The notes: a model not told the origin generated them from the letters alone. Counted from the stretch's first letter, positions 46,621 through 56,916 are shown. The stretch is DNA of 64,000 bases from Oscillospiraceae bacterium (GCA_015065925.1 SVPL01000003.1:18422-82421); one strand, 5' to 3'. A program made the numbers and translations.

Positions 46621-46898
46621 TTAGCCAGAGCATTCAAACTCGAATCAGCCTTAAATGGCTATTTTTAGGTATCTTTTGGCTCATCAAACTTCATAGGCGA
46701 AAGCCTTATGAAATTCTCTTCACCAAAATCTACTATAAAAATCGCACATTTAAGGTCAAAGAGTTTTGTAAATAACATTATTTTTTGTTATGCAAGGCAA
46801 AAACGCAGTAAATCCTGTCGGATTTACGAGTATTTTAACATAGCAGAGCGAAAAATATGTGTTTCAAAACCTGGTTCAAGTTTAAATGCTCTGGCTAA
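46621..46898 (+). repeat. 278-bp element bounded by terminal inverted repeats (MITE-like, or a long-range leader RNA stem)
   Basis: TTAGCCAGAGCATTCAAAC (46621-46639) pairs with GTTTAAATGCTCTGGCTAA (46880-46898), 18 of 19. The match extends imperfectly to about 30 nt. Internal hairpins lie at 46690-46712 (GAAA loop) and 46808-46827. Confidence 0.6.
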
Positions 46899-46911
46899 AG
46901 AGGTGTTTTTA

Positions 46912-49227
46912 ATGCGTAAAGAAATAAATTTTAATCACGATTGGCTTTTTCACAAGGGCGATATTATAGTCCCGCCCCCTATTGACAAGGGTAGTGTTTA
47001 TTCGGGTGCGAAAATCGAGCGCAAGCTTGTGGGCCCTGCCGCCTATAACTATTCGGATATTGCACAGCACCGTCAACCGGGTGTTGAGCCTAAAAACGAC
47101 GGTTGGGACAAGGTTATTCTTCCCCACGATTATATTGTAAATCAAGATAACGACAAAACCCAAAATGTATCTCACGGATATTTTAAATACGAAAATGCTT
47201 GGTACAGAAAGCATTTTACCTTTGATGAGGATGTAAAAAACAAGCGTGTTACCCTGCAGTTTGAAGGAGTTGCGGGTAAAAGCGAAATATACCTTAACGG
47301 TTGCCTTTTAAAGCGCAATTTCAGTACCTACAACAGCTTTGAGGTGGATATCAGCAACAACATTTATTATGACAAGGATAACATACTTGCAGTTTATTCC
47401 AACACCGAGGATTTTGAGGGCTGGTGGTACAAGGGTGGCGGAATTTACCGAAATGTTAAGCTGGTTATTACCGAGCCCATAGCCATTGACCTTTACGGAG
47501 TTTACGCCCCATACATTAAGCTTGACGATGAAGCTTGGCAGATTAATTTTGAAACCACCATTCTTAACGACAGTTATGAGGACGCCGAGGTAGAAGCCGT
47601 AAGCTACATAATTAATTCCAAGGGGGAAGAAATTTCCTTTGGTGGTGGAAAGGGAGAAATCCCCCTTCGCGAAAAGGGTGTTTTAAAATACAGCGCTACA
47701 GTTAAAAATCCCGAAATATGGGATATCGACTCCCCAATCCAACACACGGTAAAAACAGTTTTAAAAAGAAACGGCGAAATCATTGACGAAACATATACAA
47801 AAATAGGCTTTCGTACCTTCTACGCCGACCCCGACAAGGGATTTTTCCTTAACGGAAGGCATATAAAAATCAAGGGTGTATGCGGTCATCAGGATTTTGG
47901 ACTTGCAGGACTTGCCCTGCCCGATAACATTGCAAAATACCGCATTAAGCTAATTAAGGAAATGGGTGCAAACGGCTTTCGAACCGCCCATTATCAGCAC
48001 GGCAATGCCACAATGGATGCCTTGGATGAGCTTGGCTTTATTGTTATGGATGAATGTCGTTGGTTTGGTACCGACGAGGACTCCATAACCCATCTGACCA
48101 CCCTTGTGAAGCGTGACAGAAACCGACCTTCTGTATTTTTCTGGTCAACAAGTAATGAGGAAAATGCACATATAACCGATGTAGGTGAAAGGGTGCACAA
48201 AGCCCTGTATCAGGTTATTCATAAATTGGATTCCACCCGTTTTATAACAGCGGCAGAGGACAAAACGCCTATAGACTCCTTTATTTTTGATTACTGTGAT
48301 ACCATTGGAATAAACTACCGTTTGGATTTTTATGACGCAGTTCACAAAAAATGGCCAACCAAGGCTATTTTAGGCTCGGAATGTGGGGTTGCCCCCTCAT
48401 CAAGAGATTGGCATTTCCCGAACAAGCCCGGCAGAGCTTCCTCCTACGATAAGGAGCTTTTCAGCTATTTTCTCCGCCGTCAGGAAACCTGGGATTTTAT
48501 TAACAAGCGCGACTATGTTATGGGTATGTACCAATGGGTGGCAATTGACCACCGCGGTGAGGCTGAATGGCCTATGCTTTCATCAAAATCGGGCTCCTTT
48601 GATATGTATTTGCAAAAAAAGAGCAGTTTTTACCTTAATAAAGCCAATTGGACCGACACTCCAATGGTGCATATTGTGCCCTATTGGAATTTTAAAGGTC
48701 TTGAAGGGGAAGAAATCAGGGTTACTGTGTACACCAACTGTGATGAGGCAGAGCTATTTTTGAATGAAAAATCCCTTGGCAGACTTCCAAAAACCTTAGG
48801 CGAATGTATTTGGTATGTGCCCTATGAGGCGGGAAAACTTAGTGTTAAGGGTTATAAGAACGGCGAAGATGTGGCTTACGACCAAAGAATTACAACGGGC
48901 AGTCCCCAAAGGCTTAAGCTTACCCTTAATGAAACCTGCATTGCAGATGGTAGTCAGTGCGCCTTATTCACCTGCGAGGCTTTAGACGAAAATGGCACCC
49001 CCGTACCCGACGCTTCTGAATTTGTTGAATTTTTCACCGGCGAGGGAGCAAAAATTTTAGGAACAGGCTCCGACCCTTGCGACCATACGGCTGTTACTGA
49101 ACCTAATCGTAAAATGTATATGGGTAAAATAAGCATTGCCGTCCGCCCCGATGTGGGATGCAAAGGCTTTGAGCTTTATGCCAAAAGCGAAAAATTAGGA
49201 TACTGCAAAATAAAGGTAAATCTATAA
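46912..49227 (+). CDS. Glycoside hydrolase family 2 (beta-galactosidase/beta-glucuronidase-like)
   Basis: FNHDWLF start, sugar-binding/Ig/TIM order, and WSTSNEE acid/base motif. ATG at 46912 with an AAAGAGG RBS. Confidence 0.85.
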   Translation: MRKEINFNHDWLFHKGDIIVPPPIDKGSVYSGAKIERKLVGPAAYNYSDIAQHRQPGVEPKNDGWDKVILPHDYIVNQDNDKTQNVSHGYFKYENAWYRKHFTFDEDVKNKRVTLQFEGVAGKSEIYLNGCLLKRNFSTYNSFEVDISNNIYYDKDNILAVYSNTEDFEGWWYKGGGIYRNVKLVITEPIAIDLYGVYAPYIKLDDEAWQINFETTILNDSYEDAEVEAVSYIINSKGEEISFGGGKGEIPLREKGVLKYSATVKNPEIWDIDSPIQHTVKTVLKRNGEIIDETYTKIGFRTFYADPDKGFFLNGRHIKIKGVCGHQDFGLAGLALPDNIAKYRIKLIKEMGANGFRTAHYQHGNATMDALDELGFIVMDECRWFGTDEDSITHLTTLVKRDRNRPSVFFWSTSNEENAHITDVGERVHKALYQVIHKLDSTRFITAAEDKTPIDSFIFDYCDTIGINYRLDFYDAVHKKWPTKAILGSECGVAPSSRDWHFPNKPGRASSYDKELFSYFLRRQETWDFINKRDYVMGMYQWVAIDHRGEAEWPMLSSKSGSFDMYLQKKSSFYLNKANWTDTPMVHIVPYWNFKGLEGEEIRVTVYTNCDEAELFLNEKSLGRLPKTLGECIWYVPYEAGKLSVKGYKNGEDVAYDQRITTGSPQRLKLTLNETCIADGSQCALFTCEALDENGTPVPDASEFVEFFTGEGAKILGTGSDPCDHTAVTEPNRKMYMGKISIAVRPDVGCKGFELYAKSEKLGYCKIKVNL

Positions 49228-49233
49228 AAAAAC

Positions 49234-49276
49234 AAAGCCCGAGACTCAAGGCAAAAAAGAGTCTTGGGCTTTTATT
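49234..49276. terminator. Bidirectional terminator between the GH2 and MATE genes
   Basis: AAGCCCGAGACTC pairs with GAGTCTTGGGCTT (one G-U pair), followed by TTT. Confidence 0.8.
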
Positions 49277-49303
49277 ATTCTTTGATTTAAGATTGGCAGG
49301 ACT

Positions 49304-50698
49304 TTAGCCTTTGCTTTGCCCCAGTACTTGCAAAGCTTCGATTTTTTTATATTCCGGAGTTTTCCATCTACCCGTAATAAATATAACGGTGGCGAAAATA
49401 ACCTCGGTAATATAGGCACCGCTAAGTGCAATGTATACACCGTAGATTTTAAAATCGTTCGGCAACACCGCAAATAAAATATAGGCGTAAACTACAAAAG
49501 CTACGGCGTAAATCAAGGTGGATATAAACATCAGTCTACCCGAGCCAACCGCCCTGAAAATGCCGTGAAAAAGATTATTAAATACATTAAAGAATATAAA
49601 TGGGAACAAAAATCTTATAATATTTACGCTTACGGTAAAGCTTTCGGCATCCTGTATGGGGTCTAAAAACAGTCCCGTAAACTGCCTTGCAAATATCATA
49701 AACAAAGCAAGGGTTATACCGAAAAATATTAATCCCTGTTGAACACCTATTTTTATTCCCTGCCTTATTTTATTGATTTTTTTAGCCCCCATCGCCTGCG
49801 CTATAAGATTAGTATTTGCCTTGCTAGAATTTTGGTAAACGGCTAAGAGAAGATTTTTTGCTTTATTTGCCACCGAATAACCCGAAAGCGCCGCTGTAGA
49901 GCAAGTATTTGTAAGCGGCGAAACAAGGGCGGTACAGCTGTACATTGTCATTTGCTGAAGCATAGAGGGTAGCCCGTAATCAAAGGAAAGCTTAATGTCA
50001 TCTTTATTGAATTTAATTCCCTTTGATGACACGCCAAAGTCCTTAAACAGGTTTTTAAAGGTTATAAAATAAAATGCTGTTACAACGCTAATTCCTATAA
50101 TGGTTGCAAGGGCGCTAAAGCCTATGCCCAATTTAAGTACCGATAAAAACAAATAATTTAGTGATACATTAAAAACACCCGATACAATCGAAGCAATAAG
50201 GGGCATTTTGGTCATACCCATACCGTTTGAGATATATGTAAAGCCCCAGTTGAATTGAAAAACAGTAAGACCGCAGATGTAAATTCTGAAATACGACTCG
50301 GCATTTTTATAAATCTCATCATTTACATTAAGCAAATCAAAAATTTGACCGCAAAACACATTACAAAGGATTGAGATTGATACTGCAAAAACAGTGGTTA
50401 TAAAGAAATTCATTTTTATAACATTAAGCAGTTTTTCCTTTTCGTTTCTGCCAAAAAGTACCGAAACATAAATACCAACACCCGTTAAATATCCGAAAAA
50501 TATCGAATTGAAAAATTCTATAAGCTCGGCAGTAACCGCCATTGCGGCAAAAGCCTCACTGCCCAAAAACCTTCCTATGAGCATAGAATTAACAAAGGTG
50601 TAGGATTGAGAAAGCATTGCCGATAAAATAAGCGGTATTGCAAAAAGCAAATACTTTTTTCGCATATTGCCTTCGTATAATTTTTCAGGTCCCTTCAT
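49304..50698 (-). CDS. MATE-family efflux transporter
   Basis: 12 TM helices and an N-terminal LFAIPLILSAMLSQ motif. ATG at 50698 with an AAGGGG RBS. Confidence 0.85.
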   Translation of the reverse strand: MKGPEKLYEGNMRKKYLLFAIPLILSAMLSQSYTFVNSMLIGRFLGSEAFAAMAVTAELIEFFNSIFFGYLTGVGIYVSVLFGRNEKEKLLNVIKMNFFITTVFAVSISILCNVFCGQIFDLLNVNDEIYKNAESYFRIYICGLTVFQFNWGFTYISNGMGMTKMPLIASIVSGVFNVSLNYLFLSVLKLGIGFSALATIIGISVVTAFYFITFKNLFKDFGVSSKGIKFNKDDIKLSFDYGLPSMLQQMTMYSCTALVSPLTNTCSTAALSGYSVANKAKNLLLAVYQNSSKANTNLIAQAMGAKKINKIRQGIKIGVQQGLIFFGITLALFMIFARQFTGLFLDPIQDAESFTVSVNIIRFLFPFIFFNVFNNLFHGIFRAVGSGRLMFISTLIYAVAFVVYAYILFAVLPNDFKIYGVYIALSGAYITEVIFATVIFITGRWKTPEYKKIEALQVLGQSKG

Positions 50699-50810
50699 TA
50701 AAAACAACCCCTTGACTGCGTTTTCCAAAAAGAGTATAATATAACAATCAACAAAAATCAATAATTGCGAAAATTTTTAAAAATAATCAACAATAATCAA
50801 GGGTGATTTT

Positions 50811-51560
50811 ATGTATCAACAAGAACGAATGGACCAAATAATGAAAATTCTAAAGGAAAATCATTATGTTACGGTGGAATATCTTGTGGAAAAAATAAGG
50901 TACTCCCCCGCAAGTATAAGACGAGACCTCACCCTTTTGGAAAAGCAAGGTCTTGTTAAACGAAGCTACGGCGGCGTAACCCTTGGTGATGCCAATATTT
51001 CGCCCTACCGTTTTCGTCAGCACAGTATGAAAGTAGCAAAAAACGCAATAGCAAAAAGGGCAGCAGATCTTGTAAAGGATGGTGACACCGTTTTTATAGA
51101 CGGTTCTTCAACCACCCAGTACATAGGCCATTTTTTAACCGAAAAAAAGGACATAACGATTGTAACCTGTAATATGCTTCTTGCCGATTTTTTAAGTGAG
51201 CACGGAATAATGGTGTACTGCACAGGTGGAAGGGTAGTAGAATACCCCGGTATTTTAGGCGGTGAATTAGCGCGTGAGGCCTTTAAAAAATTCAAGGCAG
51301 ATATAGCTTTTTTTGCCTCTTTGTCATTTGATTTTGACGGCAAAATTCTTTCAAGTGGTGAAGGTGGGCGTCAGAGTGCAAGGGCTTTAAGAGAACATTC
51401 AAAAAAACTGGTCTACCTTTGCGGAAGCGACAAATTTAACTCTACAGGGCATATTGTAAGCATCACCTTAGATGAAATTGATTACTTTATAAGCGACGGA
51501 AAATTACCCGCCGAACTTAAAGAAAAATTCAAAAACACAACATTTATTTCTACCAAGTAA
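50811..51560 (+). CDS. DeoR-family transcriptional regulator
   Basis: N-terminal HTH (ERMDQIMKILKENHYVTVEYLVEKIRYSPASIRRDL) and a DeoR C-terminal sensor domain. Confidence 0.88.
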   Translation: MYQQERMDQIMKILKENHYVTVEYLVEKIRYSPASIRRDLTLLEKQGLVKRSYGGVTLGDANISPYRFRQHSMKVAKNAIAKRAADLVKDGDTVFIDGSSTTQYIGHFLTEKKDITIVTCNMLLADFLSEHGIMVYCTGGRVVEYPGILGGELAREAFKKFKADIAFFASLSFDFDGKILSSGEGGRQSARALREHSKKLVYLCGSDKFNSTGHIVSITLDEIDYFISDGKLPAELKEKFKNTTFISTK

Positions 51561-51627
51561 TATCTTCTTGTTAATTTAATTTGTTTGTGTTAAAATATAT
51601 TTATTAAAATATTAAGGATGAAAATTT

Positions 51628-53043
51628 ATGAAAATTCTTGAAAATATTAATCCCAAGCGCGTAATGAGTTTTTTTGAAGATATTTGCGCCATTCCCCACG
51701 GCTCGGGAAACACCAAAAAAATAAGTGAATACTGCCTTAATGAAGCCAAAAAAATGGGACTTGAAGCCTTAACAGACAGTATGAACAATGTGATAATTAA
51801 AAAATCCGCAAGTAAGGGCTTTGAAAATCAGCCGACAGTTATTTTGCAAGCTCATTTAGATATGGTTTGCGAAAAAACGCCCGAAAGCACCATTGATTTT
51901 GAAAAGGACGGTATTTCCATTGCCATAGACGGTGACTACATCACCGCCGACGGCACTACTCTTGGTGGGGATGACGGCATAGGCGTAGCTATGATACTTG
52001 CCGTTTTAGAGGATAATACCCTTAGCCATCCGCCCATTGAAGCCCTTTTTACTGCAGATGAGGAAACGGGTATGTTTGGCGCCGACGCTTTAGACGGAAA
52101 TCTGCTTAAGGGCAGAAAAATGATAAATATTGACTCAGAGGCAGAAGGAGTTTTAACGGTTAGCTGTGCAGGTGGAGCAAGGTGTGAAATCCGTCTTCCC
52201 GCAGAAAAATCGGTACCCCTTAGTCCCTGCTACGAGATTATAATCGAGGGCTTAAAGGGAGGACATTCGGGTGTTGAAATCCACAAGGGCAGATATAATT
52301 CTAATATGCTTATGGCAGAGCTTTTAAATAAGCTCACACATCCTTATAATATTGTTAATATTGAGGGGGGAAGCAAGGATAACGCTATTCCTGCCCGAAC
52401 TGTTTGCACCCTTTCCACCGATGAAGATATTAAAGCCATTGCAACAGAATTTAAAAATCAAAAGCTAAGCAAGGAAAACCCCGACCTTGAAATAACTGTT
52501 TTTGAGCGCACCAATGCTAATAGTGGCTTTTCTACCGAAGCTTCTGCAAAAATAACCGCCTTTTTACTCTCCCTTCCAAACGGAGTACAAAAAATGAGCG
52601 AGGATATTGATGGGCTTGTGCAAACCTCCCTTAATTTGGGTATTCTAAAAACAGAGCAAAAGGGTATTTACCTTACCTTTGCTGTGCGTAGCTCGGTAAA
52701 TGATGAAAAAACCGCCCTTATTCAAAGTCTTAAAGAAATCACCCTAAGGGTAGGTGGCACCTTTGAGGATTCAGGATATTATCCCGCCTGGGAGTACCGC
52801 AAAGACTCTCCCTTAAGAGAGGCTATGGTAGAACAATTTGAAAAGCTTTACGGCAAAAAGCCTGTTGTTGAGGCTATTCACGCAGGTCTTGAGTGCGGTA
52901 TTTTAAGTGACAAATTATCGGGGCTTGATGCCGTTTCCTTTGGCCCCAATATGGAGGCAATCCACACACCCGATGAAAAGCTTTCAATTTCATCGGTAGA
53001 AAGAAGCTATACCTACCTTTGCAAAATACTTGAAAATATATAA
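51628..53043 (+). CDS. pepD: Aminoacyl-histidine dipeptidase (PepD, peptidase M20C)
   Basis: FEDICAIPHGSGN, HLDMV and GGDDGIG motifs. 471 aa. Confidence 0.88.
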   Translation: MKILENINPKRVMSFFEDICAIPHGSGNTKKISEYCLNEAKKMGLEALTDSMNNVIIKKSASKGFENQPTVILQAHLDMVCEKTPESTIDFEKDGISIAIDGDYITADGTTLGGDDGIGVAMILAVLEDNTLSHPPIEALFTADEETGMFGADALDGNLLKGRKMINIDSEAEGVLTVSCAGGARCEIRLPAEKSVPLSPCYEIIIEGLKGGHSGVEIHKGRYNSNMLMAELLNKLTHPYNIVNIEGGSKDNAIPARTVCTLSTDEDIKAIATEFKNQKLSKENPDLEITVFERTNANSGFSTEASAKITAFLLSLPNGVQKMSEDIDGLVQTSLNLGILKTEQKGIYLTFAVRSSVNDEKTALIQSLKEITLRVGGTFEDSGYYPAWEYRKDSPLREAMVEQFEKLYGKKPVVEAIHAGLECGILSDKLSGLDAVSFGPNMEAIHTPDEKLSISSVERSYTYLCKILENI

Positions 53044-53065
53044 AATCAAACAGAGGTTCGTAAAT

Positions 53066-54478
53066 ATGCGCAAAACAAAAATAGTATGTACCATAGGTCC
53101 CGCAAGTGAAACCGAGGAAATTATAAAAGGTCTTTGCCTTGCGGGAATGAATGTTGCTAGAATGAATTTTTCACACAACACCCACAATGACCACCAAAGA
53201 AGAATAGACCTTGTAAAAAAGGTTCGTCGCGACCTTAATTTGCCCATTGCAATTATGCTTGACACCAAAGGGCCCGAATACCGAATTAAAACCTTTGAAA
53301 ACAAAAAAATCACCCTTAGCGACGGCGATAAATTCACCTTCACCACAGATGATATTATAGGTGATGAAACAAAGGTTTCGGTAAGCTACAAAAATCTTCC
53401 AAAGGAGCTTGCCGTTGGCGATACCATTTTGCTTAATAACGGTCTTTTAACCTTTGAGGTTTTGAATATAAGAGGCGCGGATATAGAATGTAGGGTGATT
53501 ATTGGCGGCGAGCTGTCTGACCGAAAAAGTATGAGCTTCCCCGGCAAGGTAATGAAGCAAAAATACCTTTCCGAGCAGGATAAAAGGGATATTGCCTTTG
53601 GAGTTGAAAACGGCGTGGACTATATAGCCTGCTCATTTGTATCAAACAAGCAAGACCTTTTGGATGTTCATAGCTATCTTAAGGAAATAGGCGCTGATGA
53701 TGTTGAGCTTATTGCAAAAATCGAAAATCAGTCGGGCTTTGATAACATTGAAGAAATTTGCGAAGCCTGTGACGGAATTATGATTGCCCGCGGAGATATG
53801 GGTGTGGAAATACCCTTTAAAATGCTCCCCGCAATTCAAAAAAAGCTTATAACAAAGTGTCGTTTACTGGGCAAAAGGGTTATAACCGCCACCGAAATGC
53901 TTGAATCAATGATTTCTAATCCCCGCCCCACAAGAGCCGAAATCTCTGACATCGCCAATGCCGTTTATGACGGCACAAGCGCAATTATGCTTTCGGGCGA
54001 AACCGCCGCGGGCAAATACCCTATTGAGTCGGTGAAAACTATGGCAGAAATTGCCGAAACCACCGAGAATAACATCCACTACAAAAAGCGCTTTCATAAT
54101 GCAGAATTTCAAATAAGAAATTCTGCCGACGCTGTTTCTCACTCCACCTGCACAATGGCAATTGACCTTGATGCAAGGGTAATAGTCGCCTGCTCCCTTT
54201 CGGGTATGACGGCGCGAATGGTCTCCCGCTTTCGTCCCCCCGTTCCCATTTTGGGACTGACCACCGACGAACGAACCTGGCGCAAGCTGGCTCTTTCCTG
54301 GGGAGTTATACCGGCTATTTGTGAAAGGTTTACATCAACAGATGTGCTTTTTTACACCGCAAAGAAAATAGCCGAGAGGGATTTTGAACTCAACAAGGGG
54401 GATAAAATTATAATAACAGGCGGAGATACAAGCGGCACCTCAGGCAATACAAGCCTTATAAAAATTGAGGAAGCTTAA
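53066..54478 (+). CDS. pyk: Pyruvate kinase
   Basis: RKTKIVCTIGPAS, NFSHN, MIARGDMGVE and MLSGETA motifs. ATG at 53066 with an AGAGG RBS. Confidence 0.95.
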   Translation: MRKTKIVCTIGPASETEEIIKGLCLAGMNVARMNFSHNTHNDHQRRIDLVKKVRRDLNLPIAIMLDTKGPEYRIKTFENKKITLSDGDKFTFTTDDIIGDETKVSVSYKNLPKELAVGDTILLNNGLLTFEVLNIRGADIECRVIIGGELSDRKSMSFPGKVMKQKYLSEQDKRDIAFGVENGVDYIACSFVSNKQDLLDVHSYLKEIGADDVELIAKIENQSGFDNIEEICEACDGIMIARGDMGVEIPFKMLPAIQKKLITKCRLLGKRVITATEMLESMISNPRPTRAEISDIANAVYDGTSAIMLSGETAAGKYPIESVKTMAEIAETTENNIHYKKRFHNAEFQIRNSADAVSHSTCTMAIDLDARVIVACSLSGMTARMVSRFRPPVPILGLTTDERTWRKLALSWGVIPAICERFTSTDVLFYTAKKIAERDFELNKGDKIIITGGDTSGTSGNTSLIKIEEA

Positions 54479-54536
54479 TCAAATTGAACGCCAAGTGTTT
54501 TTATTGCGGAATGGTTTTAATCTTTGGGCAAAACTT

Positions 54537-54631
54537 CGTTCCGCACCCATTTAGCGTAGGGAACGACCAATGTGTCGTTCCGTATAATTACCACATTTTT
54601 TAGGAACGGCACGCTGGCCGTTCCCTACATC
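54537..54631. repeat. GGAACG/CGTTCC multi-hairpin intergenic repeat, copy B (longer)
   Basis: Three hairpin units: CGTTCC..GGAACG, GGGAACGACC..GTCGTTCC and GGAACGGC..GCCGTTCC. It matches copy A at 24158-24231. Confidence 0.85.
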
Positions 54632-54690
54632 TGTTTAATACAATTTCATCTTCAAACCCCCAATTTATCGGTTTGGTTATCTAACATCTA

Positions 54691-54733
54691 AAAAAGGGAG
54701 GAAGTGAAAATCTATCACTTCTTCCCCATTTTT
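54691..54733. terminator. Bidirectional terminator between pyk and nahK
   Basis: GGGAGGAAGTGA pairs with TCACTTCTTCCCC, flanked by A and T runs. Confidence 0.7.
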
Positions 54734-54751
54734 GTATATTTTATGCGCTTA

Positions 54752-55855
54752 TTAGTTTTTGCAATATTTTGAAACAATCTGCTTCATTGTTTCCCAATTG
54801 CGCTCCATATCAGCAACCAATTTAAGCTGAGTACGGCAACGAACCAAATTATGGTCGGCATACTTGGTTTTAAAGTAGGTATCACCCTGTAAATAGTCGG
54901 TTAAAAATCTCATACCGCACTCAATGGTCATCATTTTTGCGCCCTCGGGCATAAGCATAATCTCACTATCCTCAAGCTGACCGTCACAGCCTGTTAAAAA
55001 GCCGTCGGCAAAGGCGGTAAACATACCAATATCAATACCAACCTTGGATAAATCCTTTTCATCCTCTGCGGCGGTGGATGCGCCAAAACGAATGGCATCA
55101 CCAAAGTCGGTTACCGAAAATCCGGGCATAATTGTATCTAAATCAATAACGCAAAGAGCCTTTCTTGTTGTGGCATCAAGCATAGCGTTGTTGGTTTTGG
55201 TATCGTTATGGCTAACTCTGAGGGGAAGCTCACCATTTTTGTTGGCATCGGCAAGCACGCTGTAAAAATCGGCGCGTTCCTTTATAAACTCAATCTCCTC
55301 GGTAACTGTAGCTACTCTGCCTACCTTATCTTCCTTAACCGCCTTTAAAAAGTCGTTGTAACGCTTAACGGTATCGTGGAAGCGTGGTAAAACCTCATAA
55401 AGCTCCTCGGCGGGGAAATCACTTAAATCGCGTTGGAATTTACCAAATGCAACACCGCACTCATAAAAATCATCGGTACGCTCGGGTAACTCAATGCAAA
55501 GGGAGTTTTCAATGAACTTATAAACTCTCCAGCAGTTTTTGTGCTTATCTATGTAGTAGCTATTGCCGTTATGGGTGGGTACAAGCTCCAAAACACCGCG
55601 GGGGTCACTGATTTTCTTTTTAAGATGCTCGGTAACCTTTTCAATATTTGCCATTACCTGACGGGGCTTTTTGAAAATAGAGCTATTAACAGCCTGAATA
55701 ATGTAGGCGCTTTCGCTTCCGTCAGCCTCATCACAAACAAGGCGGAAGGAGTCGTTAATATGGCCGTTTCCGTAAGGGATACAGCCACGGGGGATACCGG
55801 TTACCTGAAAGTTATTTACTGCATTGTTAATAAAATCCAAACAGTTTTTTTCCAT
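54752..55855 (-). CDS. nahK: N-acetylhexosamine 1-kinase (NahK/LnpB-like, APH fold)
   Basis: There are long collinear matches to my recollection of Bifidobacterium NahK. These are WRVYKFIE, RVSHNDTKTNN, DLDTIMPG, FGDAIRFGASTAAEDEKDLSKV, ECGMRFLTDYLQGD and HNLVRCRTQLKLV. Confidence 0.85.
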   Translation of the reverse strand: MEKNCLDFINNAVNNFQVTGIPRGCIPYGNGHINDSFRLVCDEADGSESAYIIQAVNSSIFKKPRQVMANIEKVTEHLKKKISDPRGVLELVPTHNGNSYYIDKHKNCWRVYKFIENSLCIELPERTDDFYECGVAFGKFQRDLSDFPAEELYEVLPRFHDTVKRYNDFLKAVKEDKVGRVATVTEEIEFIKERADFYSVLADANKNGELPLRVSHNDTKTNNAMLDATTRKALCVIDLDTIMPGFSVTDFGDAIRFGASTAAEDEKDLSKVGIDIGMFTAFADGFLTGCDGQLEDSEIMLMPEGAKMMTIECGMRFLTDYLQGDTYFKTKYADHNLVRCRTQLKLVADMERNWETMKQIVSKYCKN

Positions 55856-55877
55856 TTTTGATTTTTCCTTTCAAAAA

Positions 55878-56786
55878 TTATTTTATAAATTTACCATCCT
55901 TAACAATAAAAAAGCCTCTGCCTACGCCAACCTCTTTGCCCTCCAAAAGGCGATTTTTAAAGGCGCGTCTGATAGATGTATCCTCAGGTAGGTCTTTTAT
56001 ATTATCTTCACAGTTTTGCACATTGAAAATTCTTGGGAGGTCGCCCTTCCATTCCTTACCTTCTACAACATTAAAGAAATCTGCAAACATTAAAATATTG
56101 CTGGTTTCGGGCAAAAATTCTTTGTGATCGGGATATAAAAGCCAAGAATTGCAATGGAAAATTACCTCGCCATTCTCAAATAAGGGAGCGTAAAATTCTG
56201 CCGCCTTTAAAAAGGATTTTTCACAATCCTCCTTTAAAAGCTTACTGCCGCCGGGAATATGAATATTTATAACCATATCCCCCTCGGTTGCGGTACGACC
56301 TGCAAACTCATAATGACCACCTATAAAAATAGGTTCAAACTGAAGCCTGCCAAAGGTGTGACGGGTGCCATCCACAAAACGGTTAAACCACTCGGCAACA
56401 AAAACGCCGTCCATTTTATGAAGGACAACACATTCACCCCATTTTATTTTAATATCATTTAAAAAGCCGTAAAAGCAACCCTCAGGCATACCCTTTTGCT
56501 CGTAAAATGCTTTTGTATGCTTGGTAACACAAAGTGAAAAAATAAATTTAGCTACATAAATATGTATATCTACGGCATTTGCCGCCCTTTCGGCAGAGGT
56601 AAGTCCCCAATTCCAAGCGGGCATAAGCTGTTTTTCGTAAAGAGCCAATGCATCGTGAAATAACCTGTTCGCCCGTTTGTTATCACAGATTTTTTTGTAT
56701 GTATCAGTGACAAAATCAACGGTTTGCTGAGGATATTCCATATAGTTCATTGATTCGCAAAGCCAATCCAAATAAGGGTAATTCAT
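55878..56786 (-). CDS. Conserved protein of unknown function (possibly acyltransferase-like), operonic with nahK
   Basis: 302 aa with a 22-nt gap to nahK. No catalytic motif was recognised with confidence. Confidence 0.4.
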   Translation of the reverse strand: MNYPYLDWLCESMNYMEYPQQTVDFVTDTYKKICDNKRANRLFHDALALYEKQLMPAWNWGLTSAERAANAVDIHIYVAKFIFSLCVTKHTKAFYEQKGMPEGCFYGFLNDIKIKWGECVVLHKMDGVFVAEWFNRFVDGTRHTFGRLQFEPIFIGGHYEFAGRTATEGDMVINIHIPGGSKLLKEDCEKSFLKAAEFYAPLFENGEVIFHCNSWLLYPDHKEFLPETSNILMFADFFNVVEGKEWKGDLPRIFNVQNCEDNIKDLPEDTSIRRAFKNRLLEGKEVGVGRGFFIVKDGKFIK

Positions 56787-56916
56787 AAAAATCCACGCCT
56801 TTACATAACAATCTATTTTAAATTATAAAAAAACCTCTTGACAACTTCTATAAAAAAAAGTACAATCATTAGTATAAAAGAGTAAATATTTAATATTTGA
56901 AAGAAGTGAAAGCAAA

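Noticed and set aside
46708-46911. 68-aa N-terminal extension of the GH2 ORF in the ORF track
   Set aside because: The extension runs through the inverted-repeat element, has no RBS and has non-protein-like composition. The conserved GH2 start (MRKEINFNHDWLF) has a good RBS at 46912.
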